A stretch of DNA of 64,000 bases from Basidiobolus meristosporus CBS 931.73 (Eukaryota; Fungi; Basidiobolomycota), in the NCBI GenBank assembly GCA_002104905.1, contig MCFE01000500.1, positions 1-64,000 on the forward strand, read 5' to 3'. The position numbers and the translations under genes were made by a program. Below are positions 10,153-22,796 of this stretch, piece by piece. Every line of letters begins with the position of its first letter. Position 1 is the first letter of the stretch. Under the pieces are notes generated by a model. The model saw nothing but the letters and a program-made list of their open reading frames with translations, was not told where the DNA came from and did no database searches.

Positions 10153-13056
10153 TCCTATGAAAAATTATTGTGATGATCCCATCAAAAGGCTGTCACAAAC
10201 TCTAAGTCCTGAGACTGAGAGGTACTGATCCCATCAAGACACCATGCAAAGATTATCAAAAAATAATTGCACCCCAGATTTCACAAAATACATAGTCAAG
10301 ATTTTTCATCACAACAATACAAAAGTGGCTTCTGATTGGTGCTCTGCCAATTTTCCAACTTTCTGATCCCAGACACTCTATCACCTCCTATGGTTGTGTA
10401 CATTGATTGGCTATTGCCTCTTTTTCACATTCCTTACTTCCTAGCTCAACCTTTTCTCTTACATTTCATGCATACAAATTGATTTATTTCTGTTGAAACT
10501 TCAGTTGTACCTCAATTGCCAATTGTATTGACCTATACAAGTCCCTATGCCCTACATTAACATTAAGCCCAACTCCACACTCAACAAGTAACTCCATTAA
10601 AATCCACCATTCAATAAGTATTTCTGCTGTGATGCTCTGTGTCCATGACTTTGGCAGAAAACCTACGGCTTTATGCCACTGTTCATTCACTGGTTCCCAT
10701 ACATCCTGGTCTTCAGCTGGCACTGCAAGGTCTAGCTCCTCATCTGCCAGTCTTTGCAATAAATCCTTGCAATATTCAAGTACATTTTCTTGAGCACTGC
10801 TCTTGAACAAGTCTGCAACCTCTTGGTGTGCATATTAATGTTCTAAAATTCCACTGAAGGCATTGTGATGACCTTTTGAGTTATTGGCTTTGTTACTTTG
10901 TCTGTCAGTGGGATCTCCACTCTGTCAACAATAAAGGATGTATAGGCTGTGGCAGACAAATTGCCTTTCTCTGCAAACTCATCTACCTTGCTGGAGTGTA
11001 GCTCAACTGGCTGGGCTTCCAAATCTTGTGCAAACAGCTGTTTTCTTGTTGGTAATTCTTCTTGGCTATAATGGGATTCAGTCTGTTCCAGGCTTGTAGC
11101 ATTAGTAGGTGTAAACTGCAGCTTTTTCTCACACTTCCCTGTCTCTGGCTTGGGTAGACTTTTTTCCCTTTACCTTTTCCTTGATCACTGCCAGGTCTTT
11201 CACTGCTACTTTGTCTGAGCACTCTTTGCATTAAACTACATTTTCTCCTTGATATATGCTGCTCTGATGCATCTGTTTTGTCCTGCTTGTCCCTTGCTTG
11301 CACTCTGCAGGCAACATGATGCTTTTTTCCCCCTTGTTTTGAGCTCTCATCCCAAGCTGAGACAGGCTCCTGAGGTAGCCACTTGTTTTTATCACCACCA
11401 GGTCCTTCACTGCCACTTTAGCTGAGTGCTTCTTGAGTAGAACTACGCTTCTTGCTTAGTAAATATTGTGCTGGTGCATCTGTGCATGCATGCTTTCCCT
11501 TATTGGCATTCTACCAGCTACCTGATGCCTCTTTAATGCCTGTTTGGAGCTTTTGGCCCTGTTTGTAATGGACTCTTAAGAAAGCCACTGGTTCTTAGCC
11601 ATTGCACCCTTGTTCTTCTGCCATTGATGGCTTCTGCTATTCTTAAGATACTGTCTTAGCCTACCAATGCTGGCCCAAAACCATTTGCTTGTTTGAGCTC
11701 AGGATAATGCATATGGCACAAGTCAAGCTCATTCTGCTTGACCTTGAGTTCCAGATGGTCCCTTGGTATGCCAACATTAAGGTATTGGCATGCTAAACTT
11801 CTAATGGTCCCTAGAATATTAGCCCACTCTTCATCATTGCACTCATTGGCATCACAAATCTTCAATGTCTTTTGATTATTAGGCTTTGGTATAAACACTA
11901 CATTTTCTCCCTGCCATGCTGTGACAGGTTTTTCTGTGGGCTTTATCTTTGGGCACTGTTGTTGTGCTTCAAAGACTGTAAAGTGTTCCTGTGCTGTTAC
12001 CTTGGGAAATGGTTTAATTCTTGGCTGTGACATTGAGCTACTTGAGTTCCTTCTTTGCAGCAAAGATACTGCATTCTCTATCTGGGATATTGATTGCTCT
12101 GCACCTTTTGTCCACTCATCCTGCTTCTGCACTATTTCCTGATTTCACTGGGCCATTGCATTTATCCTATCAGCCACTGCACCTAATTGCTGCATTAATG
12201 CTTTGGTATGAGCTGACAACATACTTGCTAATACAGACAGTGGCAATGTTATGACAGCCACTTGCTGGTCTTCAACTGAAGGTACTGCTTTTGCTACATT
12301 CTCATCTGCCTCAGCAATATGCTCAGTTTGCAGCCCTCCAGAGATTCCCAAATGTCTACTTGACTGACAGCCTGAGGAGTCTGCATTATTACCTTCAGTG
12401 GGCACACTGTCCACAAGGCTTTTTTTGGTTGTAGCCCTGCTTGTTGCACTGAATGTCAAAGCAAGCCATTGTCCAACCACTCCTCTGCTGCTGTCAGCAG
12501 CAGGGCTTGGTTGGGAACCAGACAACTTTGCTTCATTTTTTGGTGGAATATTTATCAAAGAGAGTCAAACCAAAGGGGAAACAGTGTTAAATACATGTGT
12601 GTATGTGGTGGCACAACTCTATTTTTAATGCTTACTATGGTAAATTGTCATTGAATCTTACATTTATGTAGGTGTGATGTCTCAAATACAAGAATGTCTT
12701 AAATTCCCACAAGTATTAGCAAATAAGTGATATAATAGTATTGCATTGTTGAGTGTCAAACTGTTTGCCCCATGAACAAGACTACATTGACTCAACACTG
12801 TAAGAGAAGAGAAAAAAAGCCATGTGGCTACTGTACCAAGCCTCTCAGTCATGAAGCATGCAGACAGCATAGGAAGTATTGCAGGGATCATGGCCAGTGT
12901 TTAGCCACACAAGTCATATTTGACCATTCACCAGTCACTCTGGCACCAGCAATATCTTGCTGGCCACTTGATACTTCTATAACAACACCCAGCTGTACTT
13001 GTCACCTTGCACAAGCTGAGTTCAGTGGGTTTCTAACACCTTTAGGCTCACCCCAG
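10153..13056 (+). mobile_element. CACTA/CMC element, left part (TIR, ORF-A on the minus strand, start of the zinc-finger/transposase ORF), truncated
   Basis: Begins TCCTATGAAAAATTATTG. ORFs 10484-12558(-) and 12772-13071(+, CKRREKKPCGYCTKPLSHEACRQHRKYC) match the 34706-45246 copy. Confidence 0.8.
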
Positions 13057-13687
13057 CCTTATGAAAAGTAATTTGGTCCTGCGGGTGTATGCAATCCAGA
13101 TCAGCCATTAGGATCCTGTTTAGAGACTGTCATAATACTAGCAGCTTGAGACTAGTGACCCTCTTAACAATCTTATGCTGGGATCACAACAATGCCTTGC
13201 TAATTTTATTGCCAAATAGAGTAATAAAACTTGACTGTTATATCCAAGAGAAAAGTGCAATAAAGCTCTTGAATGAGTTAACTTAACCTAAGTGACAACT
13301 AAGTACAGAATCTTGGAATTGTCAAGGGTGACAGAAATATTAGCAGAGAAGTTCTGGTCTAATATGGGTTTTGAATATAGTTGAGTTGGGCTATAATGGC
13401 AATAGGGTTGGTTTGCTATACAGGCTAGGCTTGGTGTTCTTGGGAATGCTAGATATGCTTGGCTTTAGTGGAAACTTGAACAGAATTGTTCAATTCTTAA
13501 TTTTGCTGTGGCATAATCTTAATTTTGTTGAGACACACACTAAACCAAAAGGTTCAGTAATCTTTATTTATATTGTTCTGATCAAGTTGAATTAGTAAGC
13601 ACCAAGAGACTGGACTAAAGGAAATCTGTTGGGGTGTTGATAGGTGCATAAGATATATGAAAGTTGCATCATTAATCAGCTGATATC

Positions 13688-14895
13688 TGTGGTAATAGAG
13701 AGTATTCCATTACTACAATATCTCTAAACCAATATTGCACTCATTTCTTTATTTTGCTTTTTGCTATTGTAACACACAAATGAAAGATCAAGAATTTCCA
13801 ATTTTGAAGAACAAATGCTCCAGACCCTGACAAGCAATCCACCCAACAATATTATGTCATACAGAACACGTAGTAGCCAACACATGTTTCAAATTACAGC
13901 TCATTTGAAGGGTTATGACCAAAAGAGTCCAATTATTATATATACTATGCCTTATAGCTAGGATTACTAGGGTGACTTTGATCGCGTGTAACTTTTGAAC
14001 CAGTTAATCAAATCACGCGAAATTTTCACAGGTGCTGCGCCTATGTCCAATCTACGCCACTGCAAAATTTTAGCTTTGTATCACGTGTATTGCTTGCGCA
14101 ATCGCCCAAAAACTTTGATCCTTCAAGAATTCCATATATATGACTTCCCCAGCTGAAAAATAAAGGAGAGCCTCTCTTTCCAAATCTCCACACTGCAATT
14201 ACAAGTTTAAAGGTTATAAGACTTCCCCTGCATCACTTGCACTGTTGAGTATTCTGACTTTGATCAGTACTACATCAATACAGAGACTGCAAAGCTCACA
14301 AGAATCCAATCTAAGTTCTACAAGAAACTACCACTTTTCTGTTGGAAAAGTCCCCTCTAAGAAACCCCTTTGCTCTAAAGACACCCCTTTAGACACCCGT
14401 TTAGAGACCCCTTTAAGAAACCCCTTTACTCTAAAGAAGCCCCTTTAGGCACCCCTTTAGAGTAAAGTCCACTTTAGAGATCACTACAAGAAGCCCCTTT
14501 ACTCTAAGGACACCCTTTAAACACCCCTTTAGGTCTAAAGACCCCTTGAGACTTCTACAACACACCCCTTTAGGTTAAAGGGGAGTTCAGAACTTCTATA
14601 TTAGGAAATATTTTCTCAGAAAGGAAAGTGACTTCCAAATAAGGAAAGGTTACTATAAAAGTAAATAAGCCGTTTAGTCAACAGAAGGTCAGAACACTGC
14701 TGTAGAAGTCATAAACACTGCCTACAGCATATTTTGAGCCTAAGATTGAGCAAATTGGGAAAGTTATATCTTCTATCAGTATATCAAACTCCCAATAAAC
14801 TACTTCAGTATTAGCATACTGGAAGTTGTTGTATATTGTTGATTAGCCTCTACATTGTAGAACAAGCCCCAAACTAGTCATAATACAACACAACA
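13688..14895. mobile_element. Solo LTR family H (1208 bp)
   Basis: Termini TGTGGT...CACAACA, 4-bp TSD TATC on both sides, and TATAAAAG near 14655. LTR C is continuous across the site. Confidence 0.75.
14350..14590. repeat. Imperfect array of ~14 ACACCCCTTTAG-like motifs inside LTR H
   Basis: Repeated CCCCTTTA cores at roughly 11-25 bp spacing; the last copy is inverted (TAAAGGGG). Confidence 0.8.
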
Positions 14896-17800
14896 TATCA
14901 TGGCAACTACTTAGTTGTTGGATAGATCTCAGATGACTAATCCTTTGGAAAGGCTTAGCAGATCAGTCAAGGATGTAATGACCACTTGAAAATTGATCAG
15001 GTGCAACAGCAAAAAATAGATTCTGAGAAATGATAAAATAAACCATAACAAGATTTGGTTATGTTTGGGTTAGGAAAAATCAGTTATAGAACTAGATTTT
15101 CTAACAGAGTGAAATTGGCTAAGTTTAAAATGTTCATGCACAACATTGACAAGATTTGATTTGAGCTGTGACAATAATTACATGGCATTGTTGCGGTCTT
15201 ATTCTACTCTACTGCTATTTTAGGTGGATCCAACCAGCCAGAACATCCAATTGCCTTATATGGCAAGAAACTTGACAGTATTTTGATGGCCTCACAGCAA
15301 GACTCCCATGGCAATATAATCACAGTATGGCAGCCTACTGCAAGTTCTGTATAATGCTACTGTACCAATTTACCAAATGGTATTTCCTTTTTCTACCTCC
15401 CCTTGTGCAATTCATATATTCCACTATAGACTCATCCCTCTTTATTTGCTTACCCACTACTACCTTGGGTATTCCACACATAGTTCAAATCAAAAAAAAC
15501 TATGGCCTTCTGCTTACTAACCTCTACAAACAGGCACACCTGCTGCAATTGACATCTATCACCTCAACTTTATGGCTTTTTAGTGTGATACTTGCAAAGT
15601 TGCCATATACCTTGCATTGCTTAAACATATACATCTTGCAAACATATGCTTGGTTGTTGCCACTTATTCCATGAATACCTCCTGAATATCTGCAAAGAAC
15701 TTCTCAGTATTTAGCAAATATATTCCTTCTCCCTGCTGGATTCTGGTCCCCCTTATAGGTGTGCTCTAGCTCTTGTTTATGTTATTCTGCATTGAATGGT
15801 GTAGAAGTTGACTAGTAACCAAGAGAAATCCAGCATACCTTGGTAGAGTTTTCCTAATAAAAATAGTTGCTTGTGGCACCCAACCCAACTTTGCATTACT
15901 TAGCTGATTACCCATGCATTGGGGCTGCTTAGCTTCTTAATGCCATAGGCATAAGTGTCTTCATGTACACATTTGTCCTCAGTATTTTCCACCTCTGCCT
16001 GGCTGTCCTCCAGGTTCCAACTCATCACATCCATGACAGACTTGAAGGTAATATTCTTGATGAGACTGAGATATGGTAGTACCTGCAACTTGACTTGTCT
16101 TCCTATCTCCCCACACATCTGCTCCATAGGAAACTCCCAAAAGGTGTAGCAAGGCCCAATATTCTCCACACACCATGCAAGATGGAGTAGAGAATGGATA
16201 CAGTAGTGGCAGAGATCTATGCATTCAGCTTTAAGTTTGTAGTATAACCGCTCAAATCCCGTTACAAACTCCTTGCACAACAGCTGTATATTTGTCAAGT
16301 TGGAATTGGTGATCTGCTTCTGGATAAATGTTCCTGCAATGTCCACAAATGACTCCAAATGCTTTCATTGTAGTCTTGGTGGGAATGGCTTCAAAATGCC
16401 ACTTGAATAAATGCATATCCAGTCCATCCAGTCTTTGCATTTGTATTGTAGCATATGCAAATGAATATTGATTGGAGCTTGTAAGAAGTACTTAGCGCAG
16501 CAGATATTCTGTAATATCTTGCCATTTGTTTCAAATATCTCTGGCATCTTGAAGGGCTCATTTAGCTTGAAATGCCCTGTGCACAACTAGGTCATCAGCA
16601 TATGGATATAGTTGAAAAGCAAATGCATTGCTCCCAGTGGAAAGCTTTTGCTCCAATAGATACCCACTATCTTAAGTATCTCTGGGTTGCAGCTGACTCC
16701 ATATTCCGGCCAATGGCTTATAGCTTGCCAACTTTGCTGCAATTGCATGCTGACCTCTGTACGTTCTTACTGTGGGAAGATGATGTTCTTAGTGCTGGTG
16801 CTAGGGTAATAATAATGTGTGTGAATTATGGAATAAATCCCCTGGATTTCACACTCTCAACAGCAATACCATCCATTTTGCTCAGGAAAACCTGCTATCT
16901 TGCTGATGGCTGGGGTATCTCCAATGCAGATAATATGCGCTTTTGCATGATGGCTATTTACTGTTATCCCACTGGAAAGCATACAAAATTTATCTAGCAG
17001 TGGATACAGGTAGCTATCCAGGTTGGATGGTGATTTAGGCCCAGATACCAGTGAGACTACCATCAGATTACTGCTCTGATATTGTAAGATGGGCAGTGGA
17101 TTCAGATTGATGATAATCAGTGGCCAGCAGGATTTGCCAGTAGAGTACTTGCTTATTGAGAATCCATCAAGTGCTAAGGCAAAGGAATGGTCATACATAC
17201 CTTCATAGTAGCCCTTCCTTCTTGACTGTTTGTAATGTTTGCCATTAAATATATTGGATATGTTTGCACTTGATTGATACTGAGTATGGTACTGTAATGC
17301 TTTGCAATATTTGTTGGACTGCATCAGCTTCCTCAGACAGGGTATTAGCAGAATATATCTGGAGTGTCAACAATGCTTTTCCTCAATGGTGGCAGATTCC
17401 TGACAATTTGGACATGTTCCAATGGTAGCATTTTTGGATGTCAATGCCATGCAACTGTTAACACATGCTGGTATCAGGACAGTCTCTGGATCATATGTTG
17501 CCAGCCACATGACAGTTGTCCACCTATGCCATGTGCATGGTAAGTTGCATCCTGGAATGATTTTGGTAACAAGTAATAGTATATCCTCAAAGCCCCCATT
17601 ACTAATATTAGTGGAAACACACCACTTCTCCAGCCACAACATTACATCATTCACCAGTAGACGGAGTACTGGGCTCACTTAGTTCCATAAAGTATCCTTG
17701 GCATTTGTTTCAACAGGTGTTGTTGTATTGCATATTGGGATTTGACTGCACTCATATGCAATACTGTTGTTAGGGGAGATAGGCTCACAATTCATCAGTG

Positions 17801-19251
17801 AACCTTCCCTGTCAGAGCTATCACTCTACATACCTTATTCAGAAGGCTGAGATGAGCCTAAAGGCATCACAAGCTCACCTGACACAGTTTGCGCAAGGTG
17901 ACAAAGATGGCCAGGTGCCAATAAAGAAGTATCAACTGGCCAGCAAGATAATATTGGTACACTAGTGACTAATGCATGGTCAAATATGACTTATGTGGCA
18001 AAACACTAGCTGTGATCCTTGTAATACTTCCTATTCCATCTTTGTGCTTCATGGCTGAGAGGCTTGCCACAATAGCAACATGATCTTTTTTCTCTTCTCT
18101 TATGGCATTGAATCAAAGTAGTCTTTTCCATGGGGAAAACAGATTGACCTTCAACAATGTACACTTTTATATCACTTTTTGGTCAATACCCATGTAAATT
18201 TAAGACAGTCTTGTATTTGAGACATTGCACCTACATGAATGTAAGATTCAATGATGACATGCCATAGGAAGCATTATTAACAAAGTTGTGGCACCATGTG
18301 CACACTTATATGTAACACATTTCCCCTTTGGTTTGAATCACCTCCATATATATGCCATCAAAAAATAAAGCAAAGTTGTCTGGTTCTCAACCAAAACCCA
18401 CTGCTGATGGCAGCAGAAGAACAGTTGGACAACAGCTTGCATTAGCATTTAGTGCAACAAGCAGGGCTACATCCAAAAAAGGCCATGTGAACAGTGTGTC
18501 CACTAAAGGTAATAGTGCAGACTCCTCAAGCTTGCAGTCAAGTAGGCAATCAAGAACCTCTGTGGAGCCACAAGCCAACTGTTATACCCAGGCAGAAGAG
18601 AATGTAGCAAATGCAGTACCCTTGGCTGAAGACTAGCAAGTGGCCATCATAACATCACCACTACCCATATTAGCAAGTATGTTGTCAGCTCATACCAAAG
18701 CATTAATGTAGTAATTAGGTGCAGTGGCTGATAGGATTAATGCAATGGCCCAGAGAAATCAGGAAATAGTCCACAAGCAGGATGAGTGGACAAAAGGTGT
18801 AGAGCAATCAATATCCCAGGTGGTGAAAGCAGTATCTTTGCTGCAAAGAAGGAACTCAAATAGCTCAATTTCACACCCAAGAATTGAGCCATTTCCCAAT
18901 GTAACAGCTGAGGAACACTGTACAGTCGTTGAAGCACAACAATAGTGCCCAAAGATAATCCCACAGAGAAACCTATCACAGCATGGGAGGGAGACAATAT
19001 GGTGTTTATACCAAAGCCTAACAATCAAAAGACATTGAAGCACCATGAAGCTGTTGAGTGTAATAATGAAGAGTGGGCTAATATTTAAGAGGTCATCAGA
19101 AATCTAGCACACCATCACCTTATGGCTGGCATACCATGTGACCATCAGGAACTTAAGGCCAAGCAGAATGCACTTGACTTGTTCCATGAGCATTATCCAA
19201 GATTCAAACAGGCAAACAGATTTTGGGCCAGTATTGGTATGCTAAGACAGT

Positions 19252-19984
19252 AGACTTGTTCCGTTGGATAGTGCCACATTGAGCCATGAGTGCCAAATGA
19301 TGCCATAGTGTGCCAGAGAGGTAAAGTGAGCCTTTACCTGGCCACAGAGTGTGAAACATATCTCTGCATTTTCATGCAAAGCAGCCCCTGTGTTTCACCC
19401 ATTGCGCAGGAGAAAATCCATTTTTTGACCTTTTTTTGTGGATCAATGTAGCTCAGGATGTGTAAGAGCACAGGAGAACTGAAGATATACATCTGGTACT
19501 CAATACCCATGGCACTCTGAATCTAGCTCCTGTAGCTTGTATCATGTCACAAAAATGAATGGCACTTTCTTGGTCCACTGGCACTATCTGGCACTATATT
19601 TAAATATTAGCCCTAAAGTAAGATCTATACAAAGCACTTATAGTGCCAGATAGTGCCAGTGGACCAAGAAAGTGCCATTCATTTTTGTGACATGATACAA
19701 GCTACAGGAGCTAGATTCAGAGTGCCATGGGTATTGAGTACCAGATGCATATTGTCAATCTGCTTGTGCTCAAACACATCCTGCACAACATTGATCCAAA
19801 AAAAAGATCAAAAAATGGATTTTCTCCAACACAATGGGTGAAACACAGGGGCTGCTTTGCATGAAGATGCAGAGCTATATTTCACACTCTGTGGCCAGGT
19901 AGAGGCTCACTTGGCCTTTCTGGCACACTATGGCATCATTTGGCACTCATGGCTCAATGTGGCACTATCCAACGGAACAAGTCT
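19252..19984. mobile_element. Fold-back non-autonomous PHIS-type element, copy 1 (733 bp)
   Basis: AGACTTGTTCCGTTGG...CCAACGGAACAAGTCT, ~345-bp inverted arms around a ~40-bp spacer. Flanks AGT/ACT (3-bp TSD with one mismatch) within CACTA ORF-A. Confidence 0.92.
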
Positions 19985-21485
19985 ACTATCTTAAGAATAG
20001 CAGACACTATCAGAGGCAGAAGAACAAGGGTGCCATGGCTAAAAATCAGGAGCTTCCTCAAGAGCCCATTACAAGCAGGGCCAAAAGCTCTAGACAAGCA
20101 TCAAAAAGACATCAGGTAGCTGGAAGTGTGCTAATTAGGGACAAGCAGGCAGACACAGATACACCAGCACAAAATCAATCAAGGAAAAAGAATATTGCCA
20201 CTCAAGAGGCACTCAGTCAAAATAGCAGTAAAGGACTTGGCAGTAATAAAAGCCAGTGGCTATAACAGGAGCCCATCACAACTATGGTTGAGAGCTTGAA
20301 ACAAGCGGGAAAGAATTGTCAGATTGCCAGGAGGGAGCCAGCAAGGGACAAGCAGGCCAGAACAGAAGCATCAGAGCAGAATTTTTAAAGGAGAAAACAT
20401 AGTTCACTATAGGAAGCACTCAGACAAAGTAGCAGTGAAATACCTGGCAGTGATAAAGGAAAAGATAAAGGGAAAGATGTCTACCCAGGCCTGAGACAGG
20501 GAGGCATGCAAAAAAAACTGCAGTTCTTGCCAACCATCACTGCAAGCCTGGAACAGATTGAATCTTATCATAGCCAAGAAGAATTACAAACAAGAAAACA
20601 GCTGCTTTCACAAGAGTTGGAAGCTCAGCCAGTTGCGCTACACTCCAGCAAGGTAGATGAGTTTGCAGAAAAAGGCAATTTGTTGCCACAGCCTCCACAT
20701 CCTCTGTTGTTGACAAAGTGGAGATCCCACTGACAGACAAGGCTTCAATGTCAACAACTCAAAGGACTATCATGCCACCTTCAGTAGATTTTTGGAACAT
20801 TGATAAGCACACAAAGAGGTTGCAGCACTTCTTCAAGAGCAGTGCTTAAGAAAACGCACTTGAATATTGTAGGATTTATTGCAAAGACTGGCAGATTAGG
20901 TGCAAATCCTTGCAGTGCCAGCTGAAGACCAGGACATGTGGGAATCAGCAAATGAACAGTGGCATAAAGCTATTGGGTTCCCACCAAAGTTGTGGAACCA
21001 GAGTGTTATAACAGAAATATGTACTGAGTGGTGGATCTTAATGGAGTTATTTGTCAAGTGTGGGGTTGGGCTTAATGTTAGTGTAGGGTATAGGGGCTTG
21101 TAAAGATCAATACAATTGGCAACTGAGGTACAACTGAAGTTTCAACAGAAATAAATCAATTTGTATGCATGAAAAGTGAGAGAAATGGTTGAGTCAGGAA
21201 GTAAGCAGTATGAAAAAGTGGTAATATCCAATCAATGCACACAAATGTAGGAGGTGATAGAGTGTCCAGGATCAGAAAGTGAGCAAATTGACAGGGAACC
21301 AGTCAATAGCCACTTATACATAGTTGTGATGAAATAATTTTGACCAAGTTTATGTGAAATCTGGGATGCAATTATTTTCCAACGTTCTCCAGATGGTGTC
21401 CTGAAAGGATCAGTACCTCTTAGTCACAGGACTTTAACTTTGTGACAGCCTTTTGATAGGATCATAGCAATAACTTTCATAGAGG

Positions 21486-22796
21486 CATGTGGCTTTGTGT
21501 CACTATTCATTCAACATTTCCCATATGTCATGGTCTTCAGCCAGCACTGTACAGTATTGCACCTCATCTGCCAGTCTTTGCAATATATTCCAGTATATAT
21601 AAATCTATATGTTCCCATGGTATGTCAGCCTTAAGGTAGTGCCATGCTAGACATCTAATGAACTCTTCAATAATGGCTCACTCTTTGTCATTGCACTCAA
21701 AGGCTTCCTGGATCTTCAATGTCTTTTGATTTTTAGGCTTGGGTATAAGCACCACAGTCTCTGCCTGCCATGTTGTGATTGGTTTATCTGCGGGCTATAT
21801 CTTTGAGTAATGTTGTTGTACTTCAAAGACTGTATGATGCTCCCCTGTTGATACATTGGGAAATGGCTCAATTCTTAGCTGTGACATTGAGCTACATGGG
21901 TTCCTTCTTAGCATCAAAGATGCTACATTCTCCATCTAGGATATTGCTTACTCTGCATGTATTGTCCACTCATTCTGTTTCTGGACTGTTTCCTAATTTC
22001 TTTAGGCCCTTGCATCTTTCCAATCAGCTACTGTACCTAATTGCCTCATTAATACTATGGTATTAGCTGACAAAAAACTTGCTAATACAGGTGGTGATGA
22101 TGCTATGAAGGCCACACGCTGGTCTCAACTGAAGGTACTGTGTTTGCTACATTTTCATATGCCTGTGCTTTATGGTCAGCTGCAGCTCTGTAGAGAATCT
22201 CATTTGCCTACTTAACTGAGAACCTGAGGAGTCCACATTAGTACCTTCAGTTGGCACACTGTCAACATGGCCTTTTTTGGATGTAGCCCCATTTGTTGCA
22301 CTGAATGCCAAAGCAAGCTGTTGTCCAACCATTCTTATGCTGCTGTTAAGGGTGGTGTTTGGTTGGGAACTAGAGAATCTTGCTTTATTTTTTGGTGGAA
22401 TATATATGAAAGTAAGTTCAACCAAAGGGGAAATAGTATTACATATCCATGTGTAGGTGCTGCCACAACTTTATTTTTGATGCTTAGTATGGCTGGTCAT
22501 CATTGAATCTTACATTCATGAGGGTGTAATGTCTCAAATACACAATTGTCTTAGTTCACATGAGTACAGGCAAAGAAGCAACACATTAGTGTTATGTTGT
22601 TGAGTGTCAAACAAATTGCCCCAAAGAGAAGATTACTTTGACTCAATGCTGTAAGTGAAGAGAAAAAAGATCATGTGGCTATTGTAACAAGCCTCTCAGT
22701 CATGAAGCATGCAGACAGCATTGGAAGTATTACAAGGATCATGCACAATGTTTTGCCACACAAGTCATATCTGAGCCTGTATCTGGCACTACCGTT
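21486..22796 (+). mobile_element. CACTA fragment (internally deleted ORF-A on the minus strand plus zinc-finger start)
   Basis: Similar to 11600-12960 and 35900-37040; ORF 22147-22425(-) IPPKNKARFSSSQP... Confidence 0.75.

Larger units (their letters stand above)
13236..15145. mobile_element. Solo LTR family C (~700 bp net), interrupted by solo LTR H
   Basis: Termini TGTT...AACA and 5-bp TSD TTGAC (13231-13235 / 15146-15150). The CACTA sequence is continuous across the site. Confidence 0.85.
13057..21485 (-). mobile_element. Full-length degenerate CACTA/CMC element (~5.8 kb net) carrying two nested solo LTRs and a fold-back element
   Basis: Right-end TIR CCTTATGAAAAGTAATTTGG at 13057, left-end TIR at 21485 (reverse), Transposase_21-like pieces 15700-18130(-) and ORF-A pieces 18352-21100(+). 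Confidence 0.85.

Noticed and set aside
14350-14590. CRISPR-like array
   Set aside because: Eukaryotic context, short degenerate units, no unique spacers of regular length and no cas genes.
19653-19980. Recurrent small ORFs (MDQDSAIHF..., MASFGTHGSMWHYP...)
   Set aside because: They recur only because they lie in the fold-back arms, appear on both strands, and are broken differently in each copy.
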